A stretch of 64,000 nt of DNA, from the NCBI GenBank assembly GCA_017645305.1, contig JAGCPD010000002.1, positions 71,104 through 135,103 of the forward strand. Reading direction: 5' to 3'. The DNA comes from Bacteroidaceae bacterium. GTDB lineage: Bacteria > Bacteroidota > Bacteroidia > Bacteroidales > Bacteroidaceae. This document shows positions 1-7,993 of the stretch, piece after piece (the first letter of the stretch is position 1; every line of letters starts with the position of its first letter). The position numbers and the translations under genes are program-made. The notes under the pieces are model-generated. The model had not been told where the DNA came from, made no database searches, and saw only the letters and a list, made by a program, of their open reading frames with translations.

Positions 1-823
1 CCATCTCGTAATAAATCTTGTCCTTCTCGAGATACTCCACCAAATCCTGTGTCTTGTCGGCACGTACCCAACCTATCATCAGACGGAGAACATCACCTGC
101 CACACGTTCATCACTCAGATGAACCTTACTGAGGGAAATGTCATTCTGCACTTCTACAAGCCCTTTTTCCAGTTCGTCACGCAAATTAGCATTGATGAAC
201 AGCAACTCGGCACGTACGGCATCCAGTTTCTTCTTTTCTTCCTTGCTTTCTCCGATATAGCCGCTTAAAGTTCCCTTGGGAAGGAAAATCTGCTCGGCCT
301 GGATATCCGGCACGTCCTCACTGAAGGTAATGAAGTAGATACTTTTGTTAATCTCGTTTATAGGCGTAGCGAAATAGGTGTCAATCCACTCACGCTTAAA
401 GAACTTGCTGCTACAACGGTAGAAATGAATCTGCTGAGAACTGGCTTCAGAAAGCGTTTTCACGTTTGCAGGGTCGAAATCGCCCCAATGTTCCAGCATC
501 TGAATATCCTTCTGCAAAGCATCGATGGAATGAAGCAGGTTCAGTTCCTCGGCCTGCAAATCCTCGACATGCTGCAAAAGTTCTGCGGGGGAAGCACTTT
601 CCTTCAATGCATCAGGAAGTGCCATACCCTTATATGTCTTCGCATATATTTCCAAAGCCTGGAGTGCAGCCTTGTAACGCTGCTCCAATGCCATACCATC
701 CTGTAGTTCCTGACTGCTGGCTCCTTTCTGAAGCTGCTGGATGTGTACCACGCCCAAAGTGCGCAAAGAAGCAATAAAAGAATCATATTCTTTTTCTGTC
801 ACCAAGAAGGTGAGCTTTTTCAT
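1..823 (-). CDS. ntpI: V-type ATP synthase subunit I, N-terminal part (3' end runs off the window)
   Basis: My own translation from the ATG at 823-821 on the minus strand gives MKKLTFLVTEKEYDSFIASLRTLGVVHIQQLQKG..., open to position 1. This resembles N-termini of Bacteroidota V-ATPase I subunits. It starts 8 nt after the ntpD stop. It is absent from the ORF track because there is no stop in the window. Confidence 0.8.
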   Translation of the reverse strand, partial: MKKLTFLVTEKEYDSFIASLRTLGVVHIQQLQKGASSQELQDGMALEQRYKAALQALEIYAKTYKGMALPDALKESASPAELLQHVEDLQAEELNLLHSIDALQKDIQMLEHWGDFDPANVKTLSEASSQQIHFYRCSSKFFKREWIDTYFATPINEINKSIYFITFSEDVPDIQAEQIFLPKGTLSGYIGESKEEKKKLDAVRAELLFINANLRDELEKGLVEVQNDISLSKVHLSDERVAGDVLRLMIGWVRADKTQDLVEYLEKDKIYYEM

Positions 824-831
824 TTTCTCAA

Positions 832-1458
832 TCATACAGCAACCTCCTTCTTTTCTTCATCCTCAGTACGTCTTTTTTCCTGCAACGACTTCAGAATCTT
901 CTGTGAAGACTTAGACAGGTTCTCCTCGTCCTCCATGAAACGCTTAATCTTACGGACAGCCTCCTGGAAACCGGGAATCTGAACCTTCTCGAACAGATTA
1001 ACCTTCTGGGTTGTTTTCTTACGTGCATGTTCCAAAAGGCGAAGCTTTGCAAAAACAAACTCGCGCTCTACGGCCGTCTTTGCCAATCCCTGCAAAAGGT
1101 TAATACCATCGAAATACCATTTGGGAGCACTAAACAAGCCGAAGGGTCGTACCTCCAATTCTATGTTGTCAAGAACAGGAATACGCACACCGGCAAACTT
1201 CTTTACACTCAGCTGTACATCCTTCAGGCTGACCAACGTGGTATCAAACTCGCCCCACAAAGCATACATACGCTCGTAACCGGCAATCTGACTTTGCAGC
1301 TTGCGTTCAAGCTCGTCGGCCTCCTCCTTGCACTTCTTCACCTCAAGACGTAACGCCGTTTCCTTGCTTTTTATGATTGGCAAAGTGCGCTGACGCATCT
1401 TCAGGTTTTTCTCGATTTGCTGAAGAGAAGTCTTGTTATACTGAAACTTTATTGCCAT
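832..1458 (-). CDS. ntpD: V-type ATP synthase subunit D
   Basis: 208-aa ORF, MAIKFQYNKTSLQQIEKNLKMRQRTLPIIKSKETALRLEV..., a coiled-coil central-stalk D-subunit pattern. It lies immediately upstream of subunit I. Confidence 0.9.
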   Translation of the reverse strand: MAIKFQYNKTSLQQIEKNLKMRQRTLPIIKSKETALRLEVKKCKEEADELERKLQSQIAGYERMYALWGEFDTTLVSLKDVQLSVKKFAGVRIPVLDNIELEVRPFGLFSAPKWYFDGINLLQGLAKTAVEREFVFAKLRLLEHARKKTTQKVNLFEKVQIPGFQEAVRKIKRFMEDEENLSKSSQKILKSLQEKRRTEDEEKKEVAV

Positions 1459-1498
1459 TTATTATGATGAGTTACACTCTATTTGTCAAATATGGGCA

Positions 1499-1530
1499 CA
1501 AAATTAGCAAAACTTCGCCTAATTTCCAAA
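1499..1530 (-). promoter_or_regulatory. Putative Bacteroidota sigma-A type promoter for ntpD-ntpI
   Basis: The minus strand reads TTTG (1530-1527), a 20-nt spacer, then TAATTTTG (1506-1499). The -7 box is 40 nt upstream of the ntpD ATG. It matches the TTTG-N19-21-TAnnTTTG consensus. Confidence 0.45.
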
Positions 1531-1601
1531 AAAAAGAACCAATCATACAGCAAAAAAGAGATTTCAAGAAAACAGATACACTGTTTTATATAAAAAGTCA
1601 G

Positions 1602-1609
1602 TACATTTG
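1602..1609 (+). promoter_or_regulatory. -7 box TACATTTG placed 4 nt before the flippase ATG (possible leaderless transcript)
   Basis: TACATTTG at 1602-1609, spacer tggc, ATG at 1614. The same TAnnTTTG-N4-ATG geometry occurs at 48037-48051 and on the minus strand at 47973-47959. Confidence 0.4.
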
Positions 1610-1613
1610 TGGC

Positions 1614-3110
1614 ATGATGAATGAGAATTCGCTAAAAGAGCGTACAGCCAAAGGGCTTATCTGGGGAGGTCTGTCGAACGGACTGATGCAGTTGATTGCT
1701 GCAGTCTTTGGTATGGTTCTGCTTATATACCTTACACCGGAAGACAAAGGAAAGGTGGCGGTATTGTACATTTTCTCCGCCATTGCCAGTGCCATGCAGG
1801 AAAGCGGATTTATTGCCGCCCTCTGTAACAGGAAGGAACCGACACACGAGGAATACAATGCCGTATTCTGGTTCAACATAATGGTCAGCGTCACTCTTTA
1901 TATTATATTATGGTTTTGCGCCCCGCTCATCGCCGACTTCTATGGTGACAAAGATTTGATTCCGCTTTCCCGGGTACTTTTCCTTGGATTCCTACTATCC
2001 GGTATCGGTACCGTGCAGAGGGCTTATCTTTTCGGGCATCTTATGGTCAAGCAGACAAGCATCTGTTCCTTGACGGCAATGCTCGTCTCTGGCATTGTAG
2101 GCGTAATAATGGCAGCAAACGGTTTCGCTTATTGGGCTATTGTATCGCAGGCCGTCTGCTTCGTCCTCATTACCCAAATCATGGCGTGGCATTTCTCCCC
2201 ATGGCGACCGACACTGTCCTTCAACCTTGCTCCTGCCTGGAAGATGTTCGGCTTCAGCAGCAAACTGATGCTGACGAATATCGTGAATATCTGCAACCTG
2301 CATGCTTTCTCTGTCCTGCTTGGCAGATTCTTCGGTGAACATACCGCCGGTGTATATTCTACAGCCAGAGATTGGGACGACAAGGCCTCGAACACCATCA
2401 ATGGTATGGTGACTGGCGTGGCCCAACCCACTTTGGCACAGGTGAAAGAGGACATCGGACGCTACCGCCAGGTATTCCGTAAGATGATGCGCTTTGTCTG
2501 CTTTGTAACCTTCCCTGCCATGTTCGGACTGGCTATTATAGCACAGGATTTCATTTTACTGGTGGGTAAAGAGAAATGGGCAGAATCCGGAACCATGCTG
2601 TCGATACTCTGCATACACGGTGCCGTAGTGCCTATTACTACGCTATACAGCAACCTGACCATCAGTCGGGGTAAAAGCAACATCAACATGATTTGTACCG
2701 TTGCCCAATGTCTGGCAGTTTGGACAGGACTTTTGCTGCTTTATCCCAAGGGTATGATGCCTATGGTCATCTACTTCATAGGACTGAATGTTGCATGGTT
2801 AGGTATTTGGCAGTGGTGGGCAAAAAAGCTGGTTGGGCTGCGCTGGAAGGAAACTCTGAAAGACATCCTGCCCTTCCTTGCCTTTACACTTCTCATACAT
2901 TCCTTCACATGGTGGGTGACAAACGACTTGTCATCTCTGTGGGTGAGGATGCTGAGCCGAATTGTCATGGCTGCCACCCTATATGCCGGCATTATGTGGC
3001 TAAGCGGTGCCAAAATTATGCGTGAAACGATAGAATATTTAGCCCCCTCTAACTCCCCCTTTAGGGGAGGAAAGAAATCCCACAAGAATAAACTAGATTC
3101 ACAAGAATGA
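1614..3110 (+). CDS. Wzx-like oligosaccharide/polysaccharide flippase (MOP superfamily)
   Basis: The ORF-track frame is 1377-3110. I place the start at the in-frame ATGATG at 1614 (MMNENSLKERTAKGLIWGGLSNG...) because the upstream part overlaps ntpD. The protein is polytopic, with typical Wzx N-terminal wording. Confidence 0.8.
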   Translation: MMNENSLKERTAKGLIWGGLSNGLMQLIAAVFGMVLLIYLTPEDKGKVAVLYIFSAIASAMQESGFIAALCNRKEPTHEEYNAVFWFNIMVSVTLYIILWFCAPLIADFYGDKDLIPLSRVLFLGFLLSGIGTVQRAYLFGHLMVKQTSICSLTAMLVSGIVGVIMAANGFAYWAIVSQAVCFVLITQIMAWHFSPWRPTLSFNLAPAWKMFGFSSKLMLTNIVNICNLHAFSVLLGRFFGEHTAGVYSTARDWDDKASNTINGMVTGVAQPTLAQVKEDIGRYRQVFRKMMRFVCFVTFPAMFGLAIIAQDFILLVGKEKWAESGTMLSILCIHGAVVPITTLYSNLTISRGKSNINMICTVAQCLAVWTGLLLLYPKGMMPMVIYFIGLNVAWLGIWQWWAKKLVGLRWKETLKDILPFLAFTLLIHSFTWWVTNDLSSLWVRMLSRIVMAATLYAGIMWLSGAKIMRETIEYLAPSNSPFRGGKKSHKNKLDSQE

Positions 3111-5284
3111 ATATAGCAACAGCATCAGAAAAAGAACCCCTCACCCAAAGGGGGAGGACGGGAGGGGGTCTCCGCAACCATGCTTTTGACCTGCTCTGCG
3201 GACTGTGCATCCTGAGGATGGTAACGCTGCACGTTGTCTGCCAGACAACACTGAGGCAGGCTGACTGGTGGAAGGTCATTATGGAGTGGAGCTTCTACCT
3301 GATGAGTTTCTTTTTCTTCAAGGCTGGATATTTCAATAAAGGAGTACAGGGCAATTCGCGTACCTATTGCTGGGACAAGTTCCGCCGCTTGATGATTCCA
3401 TATTTCTCATGGGCTGCCATCAGTGCCTGTGTATGCCTGTTCTTCATGCTGGCTTTCCCCGGAAGATTCCCCGGCACAGAACACTCTTTCCATCACTTCA
3501 GGCTATGGGTAGGAGGCTTTACCTGGGGGAACAGCCCCCTGTGGTTCCTGCCCTGTTTCTTTACCTCTTATATCATTGTCCATTTCATAGAAAAGGTACG
3601 GCATCTGCATCTGGTAATCCTATTCTTCCCGTTGCTAAGCTACTGGCTATATAAACTGGGCAATCCCCTCTACCTGATGATGAACAACGTGTTCTGCGGT
3701 GCCTTCTTCTTTTATTTAGGTAAGGTATGGCACAAGACACTGGACTGGACCGGAGATAAGAAAGGGCTGATACTGAGCATCGTACTGATCGCAGCATTTG
3801 TATGCGTGAACATATACCTGCACGGTGAATATGAAATGAAGACGAACACCTTTACGGGTCCTTTCTGGCAAGTCATGCTCAATACAATACTGGCACTGCT
3901 TGGACTGTCCGGGCTTCCCCTGACCATGCACATCAGGCGCATACCGGGCATCTGCCATATCGGAGAGCACAGCATGGTATATTTTGTGGCGCACTACCCC
4001 CTGATTATGTGCTACGTATATATTGCTACGCTTGCGGGGCATAACATCAAGAAGAGCGTACCCGACATGTTTTTAATGACCATCCTGGTTTTTATTATCT
4101 GCACGTTGTTGGTTCCCCTGGTTGAAAGGGTGTTCTGGCTGAGCGGGAAAAGCCTCCCCCAGCCACTCCGAAAGAAGGACGAACAAACGGGGCGACCTGT
4201 AGTTTATTTCTATCATACTCAAGATACGGTACGGATTGTAAGGGAATGGAAAGAAGGAATCTTTCCTGCCCACTTCCTATATGGAGCCCTGCAACTGGAG
4301 CAGTACGGCTTTGATATCATCTGGCACGACCAGATTCATCTGTACAAACGTGTCCGTGACACCCTGAAGGCTACATGGAAGATTCTTACCTGCCGTAAAC
4401 CTTACGACATTCTGTATGCCACACATACGCGGGGCATTGAACCCATTATACTGCTTCATGCCATAGGTCTATACAGAAAACCCATCGTAGTATGGCATCA
4501 CCAGCCCATCGTAAAGGCAAAGAACCGTTTACGCGAGGCTTTGGCACGCCTTTTCTACCGTGGAATGGACCACATGATATTCTTCTCAGAGAAACTAATA
4601 CAGGACAGCCTGAAATCGGCAAAGGCCGACCCGACCCGCATGAGCATGGTTCACTGGGGGGCCGATCTGGCCTTTTACGACAGCCTCTCCCGTTCCCTCC
4701 AAAAGAGAAGTGGCAATCCATCAGGTGAAACTTCGTCCATCCTCACCTCCAATGGAGGAGCCGGTGGAAGCTTCATCTCCACAGGAAAGGAACTGAGAGA
4801 CTACAAGACACTGACAGAAGCTTTTAACAACACAGGGCTTCCCCTTATACTTTTCACCCAGAAACAACAGGAAGGACTGTTCACCAACCTGAAAAGAAGA
4901 GAGAACATAGACTTGCGTTTTGGAGAACGGCTGATGCCCTATGAGATTGCCCTGTTGGTGGCACAGAGCCAGTGCGTATGCATCTGCTGTAAACAGAGCA
5001 ACTATACGGTAGGACTCACCACCGTTGTAGAAGCAATGGCACTGGGGCTGCCCATCCTATGCACCAGAAACCCGCAGATGCCCATGGATCTGGAGGCAGA
5101 GGGATGCGGCATTTACCTGGAACCTTACGACAGGGAAGGCTGGGAGCGTGCCATCCGGTACATTGCCGAGCACCCCGAAGAGGCTAAGGAAATGGGAAGA
5201 AAGGGCCACCTGCTGGCAGAGAAATACTATAATGTGGAACAATGCGCGAAGGAAGTAGCGAAGATAATTAAAAATGAAGGCTAA
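3107..5284 (+). CDS. Fusion protein: acyltransferase family 3 membrane domain plus C-terminal GT4-type (GT-B) glycosyltransferase domain
   Basis: 725-aa ORF. Residues ~24-350 are paralogous to the ORFs at 45924-46943 and 46933-47961 (RNHAFDLLCGLCILRM..FFFFKAGYFNKG..WLSG). The C-terminal half carries GLTTVVEAMALGLPIL, typical of GT4. The start overlaps the flippase stop (ATGA at 3107-3110). Confidence 0.75.
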   Translation: MNIATASEKEPLTQRGRTGGGLRNHAFDLLCGLCILRMVTLHVVCQTTLRQADWWKVIMEWSFYLMSFFFFKAGYFNKGVQGNSRTYCWDKFRRLMIPYFSWAAISACVCLFFMLAFPGRFPGTEHSFHHFRLWVGGFTWGNSPLWFLPCFFTSYIIVHFIEKVRHLHLVILFFPLLSYWLYKLGNPLYLMMNNVFCGAFFFYLGKVWHKTLDWTGDKKGLILSIVLIAAFVCVNIYLHGEYEMKTNTFTGPFWQVMLNTILALLGLSGLPLTMHIRRIPGICHIGEHSMVYFVAHYPLIMCYVYIATLAGHNIKKSVPDMFLMTILVFIICTLLVPLVERVFWLSGKSLPQPLRKKDEQTGRPVVYFYHTQDTVRIVREWKEGIFPAHFLYGALQLEQYGFDIIWHDQIHLYKRVRDTLKATWKILTCRKPYDILYATHTRGIEPIILLHAIGLYRKPIVVWHHQPIVKAKNRLREALARLFYRGMDHMIFFSEKLIQDSLKSAKADPTRMSMVHWGADLAFYDSLSRSLQKRSGNPSGETSSILTSNGGAGGSFISTGKELRDYKTLTEAFNNTGLPLILFTQKQQEGLFTNLKRRENIDLRFGERLMPYEIALLVAQSQCVCICCKQSNYTVGLTTVVEAMALGLPILCTRNPQMPMDLEAEGCGIYLEPYDREGWERAIRYIAEHPEEAKEMGRKGHLLAEKYYNVEQCAKEVAKIIKNEG

Positions 5285-5293
5285 CCCTTTTTC

Positions 5294-5373
5294 AATTAAC
5301 AATTAACAATTAATAATTATTTCACTAACCGCTAACCACTAACCGCTAACCGCTAACCGCTAACCGCTAACCA
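5294..5373. repeat. Heptamer array: (AATTAAC)x3-4 followed by (CTAACCG)x7
   Basis: Read directly: aattaac aattaac aattaat aattatt tca ctaaccg ctaacca ctaaccg x4 ctaacca. It ends 9 nt before the ATG at 5383. Confidence 0.95.
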
Positions 5374-5382
5374 AGAAAAAAT

Positions 5383-6492
5383 ATGAATTATGAACTAAAC
5401 AAGCGTATAGAATGGCTGGATGCCATGCGAGGATTCACCATGCTGTTGGTAGTGGCTTATCATGTGGCACAATTCGGTTTTGCCGAGAATGAGAAGACAA
5501 GCGCCGCCCTACCCTTTATGGTACTCTTCAGGATGCCACTGTTTTTCTTTGTCAGCGGATTCCTGGCCTACAAGGCCAATTTTCTCTGGAACATTAAAAA
5601 TACTATTCCATTGGTCCTTAAGAAATTGCATGTTCAGATAGTTCCCGCCGTTATATTTCTGTGTATCTTTATTGTCTTCAAATCAAAATACGGTTTCTGG
5701 GAAGGTATGTTGAATGCGCTGAAGAGTCCGACCAAAGACGGGTATTGGTTCACTTGGGTACTTTTGCAAATGTTCCTGATATACTATGTGATATGTATAG
5801 TGGGACAACGGCTTTTCCCCCAGCCCCTCTCTTGTAGGGAGGAAGAAAATAAACCTGCCATTACGGGGAGATTCAGATGCGTCTTTTGGCTTACGGTTTG
5901 GATTCTGTCTATCGTGGCATACGAGACACTGTACCTGCCCAAGCTGTTCTCTTACCATAAGGATATGTTCTTTTCCTATTCCAGCCTGGTGCAGACCATA
6001 CGGTTCATGCAGTTCTTCCTCTTAGGCAATATCGTACACAGATACTGGAAGCAGGTACAGCGGATTTTTGACAGTATCTGGTTCTTCCCCCTTGTGGCGA
6101 CCCTGGCTGTGGTATGCTGTGCCGACATCTTCAGATGGCACACCCTGAAATTTGCATGGACCAACCTGCCCCGCACAACAGCCATGTATGCTCTGCTGCT
6201 GATGGTGGTGATGTTCTTCCGTTTTAACAAGAAATGGTTTACCACAGAACATGCTTTAGGAAGAGCCCTGCAATATACGGGCAAGCGCACCCTGGACGTC
6301 TATCTGCTGCATTTCCTGCTCATCCCCTCCGTACCTTTCGTGGGCACATGGCTGAATACGCACCATCCCAACTTCCTGATAGACCTCTTCGCATCTGTGG
6401 GCATAGCCATTCCCATAGTGGCTGCCTGCCTGCTTATCAGCCACATTCTACACACCAGTCCGGCACTGGGGAAGTTTCTCTTTGGCAAATGA
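5383..6492 (+). CDS. Acyltransferase family 3 membrane protein
   Basis: 369-aa polytopic ORF. The N-terminus RIEWLDAMRGFTMLLVVAYH is typical of acyltransferase-3 (OafA/OatA-like) proteins. Confidence 0.8.
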   Translation: MNYELNKRIEWLDAMRGFTMLLVVAYHVAQFGFAENEKTSAALPFMVLFRMPLFFFVSGFLAYKANFLWNIKNTIPLVLKKLHVQIVPAVIFLCIFIVFKSKYGFWEGMLNALKSPTKDGYWFTWVLLQMFLIYYVICIVGQRLFPQPLSCREEENKPAITGRFRCVFWLTVWILSIVAYETLYLPKLFSYHKDMFFSYSSLVQTIRFMQFFLLGNIVHRYWKQVQRIFDSIWFFPLVATLAVVCCADIFRWHTLKFAWTNLPRTTAMYALLLMVVMFFRFNKKWFTTEHALGRALQYTGKRTLDVYLLHFLLIPSVPFVGTWLNTHHPNFLIDLFASVGIAIPIVAACLLISHILHTSPALGKFLFGK

Positions 6493-6526
6493 CACCTTTT
6501 ATCCAAAGAGCCGATACCTTTATAAG

Positions 6527-6592
6527 TAAATTCAGTGTATTTGATGTGTAAATTCAGTGAATTTGGTCGATAAATTCAGTGAATTTAGAAAA
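6527..6592. repeat. 3 x 22-bp tandem repeat, each unit holding the 15-bp palindrome AAATTCAgTGAATTT
   Basis: Units are at 6527, 6549 and 6571: taaattcagtgtatttgatgtg / taaattcagtgaatttggtcga / taaattcagtgaatttagaaaa. Confidence 0.9.
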
Positions 6593-6608
6593 AGAGCTCC
6601 ACCAAAAC

Positions 6609-6641
6609 AAAAAGGATATGCCTTTATGACATATCCTTTTT
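6609..6641. terminator. Bidirectional intrinsic terminator hairpin between the acyltransferase gene and ntpB
   Basis: 12-bp stem AAAAAGGATATG / CATATCCTTTTT with a 9-nt loop. A/T runs are on both sides. It lies 25 nt downstream of the ntpB stop. Confidence 0.6.
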
Positions 6642-6665
6642 ATATATAAAAGTAGTATAAAGATT

Positions 6666-7988
6666 CTACTTCCAATAGATATCCGTGAACTCCTTCTTGA
6701 TATTCACCTCCTCTAACTTGAAATACTTGCGGAAGAGCTCCCATGTCACGTCAAGCATCTCCTCGGTATTCAAGTTCACGTCAATAGCCAGCAACTTGCT
6801 GGAATAGTCCTTTGCGAAAGCCAGACAGCGGTTATCGTAATCGGTAAGGTCGAAACCGTTCTCCAACTTGGTCTTTGCGTTGGCAGCATCAGCATACAGA
6901 CGGATAGCGGCATTCATTACCTGAGAGTGGTCCTTACGTGTCTTCTTACCAGCAACCAACTGTTTCAGACGGGACAGAGAACGGAAAGGATCAACAATTA
7001 CCTTGCCCACATCACTGTCGCGACGCAGATAGAGCTGACCCTCGGTAATATAACCCGTATTATCAGGAACGGCATGTGTAATGTCGCCACCACTCAGCGT
7101 TGTTACGGCAATAATGGTGATGGAGCCACCGCCTACGCTCTCGGGGAACTGAACGGCCTTCTCGTAAATCTTTGCCAAGTCGGAATAGAGCGAGCCGGGC
7201 ATGGAGTCCTTGGAAGGAATCTGGTCCATACGGTTGCTTACGATACTCAGTGAGTCGGCATAAGAGGTCATATCCGTGAGCAGTACCAGTACTGTCTCAT
7301 GCTTCTCAACGGCAAAGTACTCTGCAGCGGTCAATGCCATATCGGGAATCAGCAGACGCTCTACGGCAGGGTCCTCTGTGGTATTGATGAACGAGATGAT
7401 ACGGTCCAGAGCACCAGCATTGGAGAAGGTGTTGCGGAAGAAGTAATAGTCATCGTTGGTCATACCCATACCACCCAGAATAATCTTGTCGGCCTTGGCA
7501 CGCATGGCCACCAGTGCCATTACCTCGTTGAAAGGCTGGTCAGGGTCGGCAAAGAAAGGAATCTTCTGACCGCTGACAAGGGTATTGTTCATATCGATAC
7601 CTGCAATACCCGTTGCAATCAGTTCGCTGGGCTGCTTACGACGCACGGGATTCACACTGGGACCTCCAATAGGCACTTCCTTGCCCTCTATTTCGGGACC
7701 GCCATCAATAGGATGCCCGTAAGCATTGAAGATTCTTCCGGCCAATTGGTCGCTGACCTTCAGTGAAGGAGACTTGCCAAGGAATGTCACCTCGGCATTG
7801 GTGGGAATACCACCCGTTCCCTCGAACACCTGCAGGGTAACATTGTCGCCTATTATCTTTACCACCTGGGCCAGTTTGCCGTTGATGGTAGCCAATTCAT
7901 CATAACCAACGCCCTTTGCCTTCAGCGAGCAGGTTGCCTTGGTAATCTGACTTATCTGTGTATATACTTTTTGAAATGCTGTACTCAT
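6666..7988 (-). CDS. ntpB: V-type ATP synthase subunit B
   Basis: 440 aa, a typical non-catalytic B subunit (..GQKIPFFADPDQPFNEV.., ..SITIIAVTTLSGGDITHAVPDNTGYITEGQLYL..). Confidence 0.95.
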   Translation of the reverse strand: MSTAFQKVYTQISQITKATCSLKAKGVGYDELATINGKLAQVVKIIGDNVTLQVFEGTGGIPTNAEVTFLGKSPSLKVSDQLAGRIFNAYGHPIDGGPEIEGKEVPIGGPSVNPVRRKQPSELIATGIAGIDMNNTLVSGQKIPFFADPDQPFNEVMALVAMRAKADKIILGGMGMTNDDYYFFRNTFSNAGALDRIISFINTTEDPAVERLLIPDMALTAAEYFAVEKHETVLVLLTDMTSYADSLSIVSNRMDQIPSKDSMPGSLYSDLAKIYEKAVQFPESVGGGSITIIAVTTLSGGDITHAVPDNTGYITEGQLYLRRDSDVGKVIVDPFRSLSRLKQLVAGKKTRKDHSQVMNAAIRLYADAANAKTKLENGFDLTDYDNRCLAFAKDYSSKLLAIDVNLNTEEMLDVTWELFRKYFKLEEVNIKKEFTDIYWK

Positions 7989-7993
7989 CTTTC

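Noticed and set aside
1377-1613. N-terminal 79 codons of the ORF-track frame 1377-3110.
   Set aside because: This part overlaps ntpD and its promoter region and encodes non-membrane junk. An in-frame ATGATG at 1614 begins the typical flippase N-terminus.
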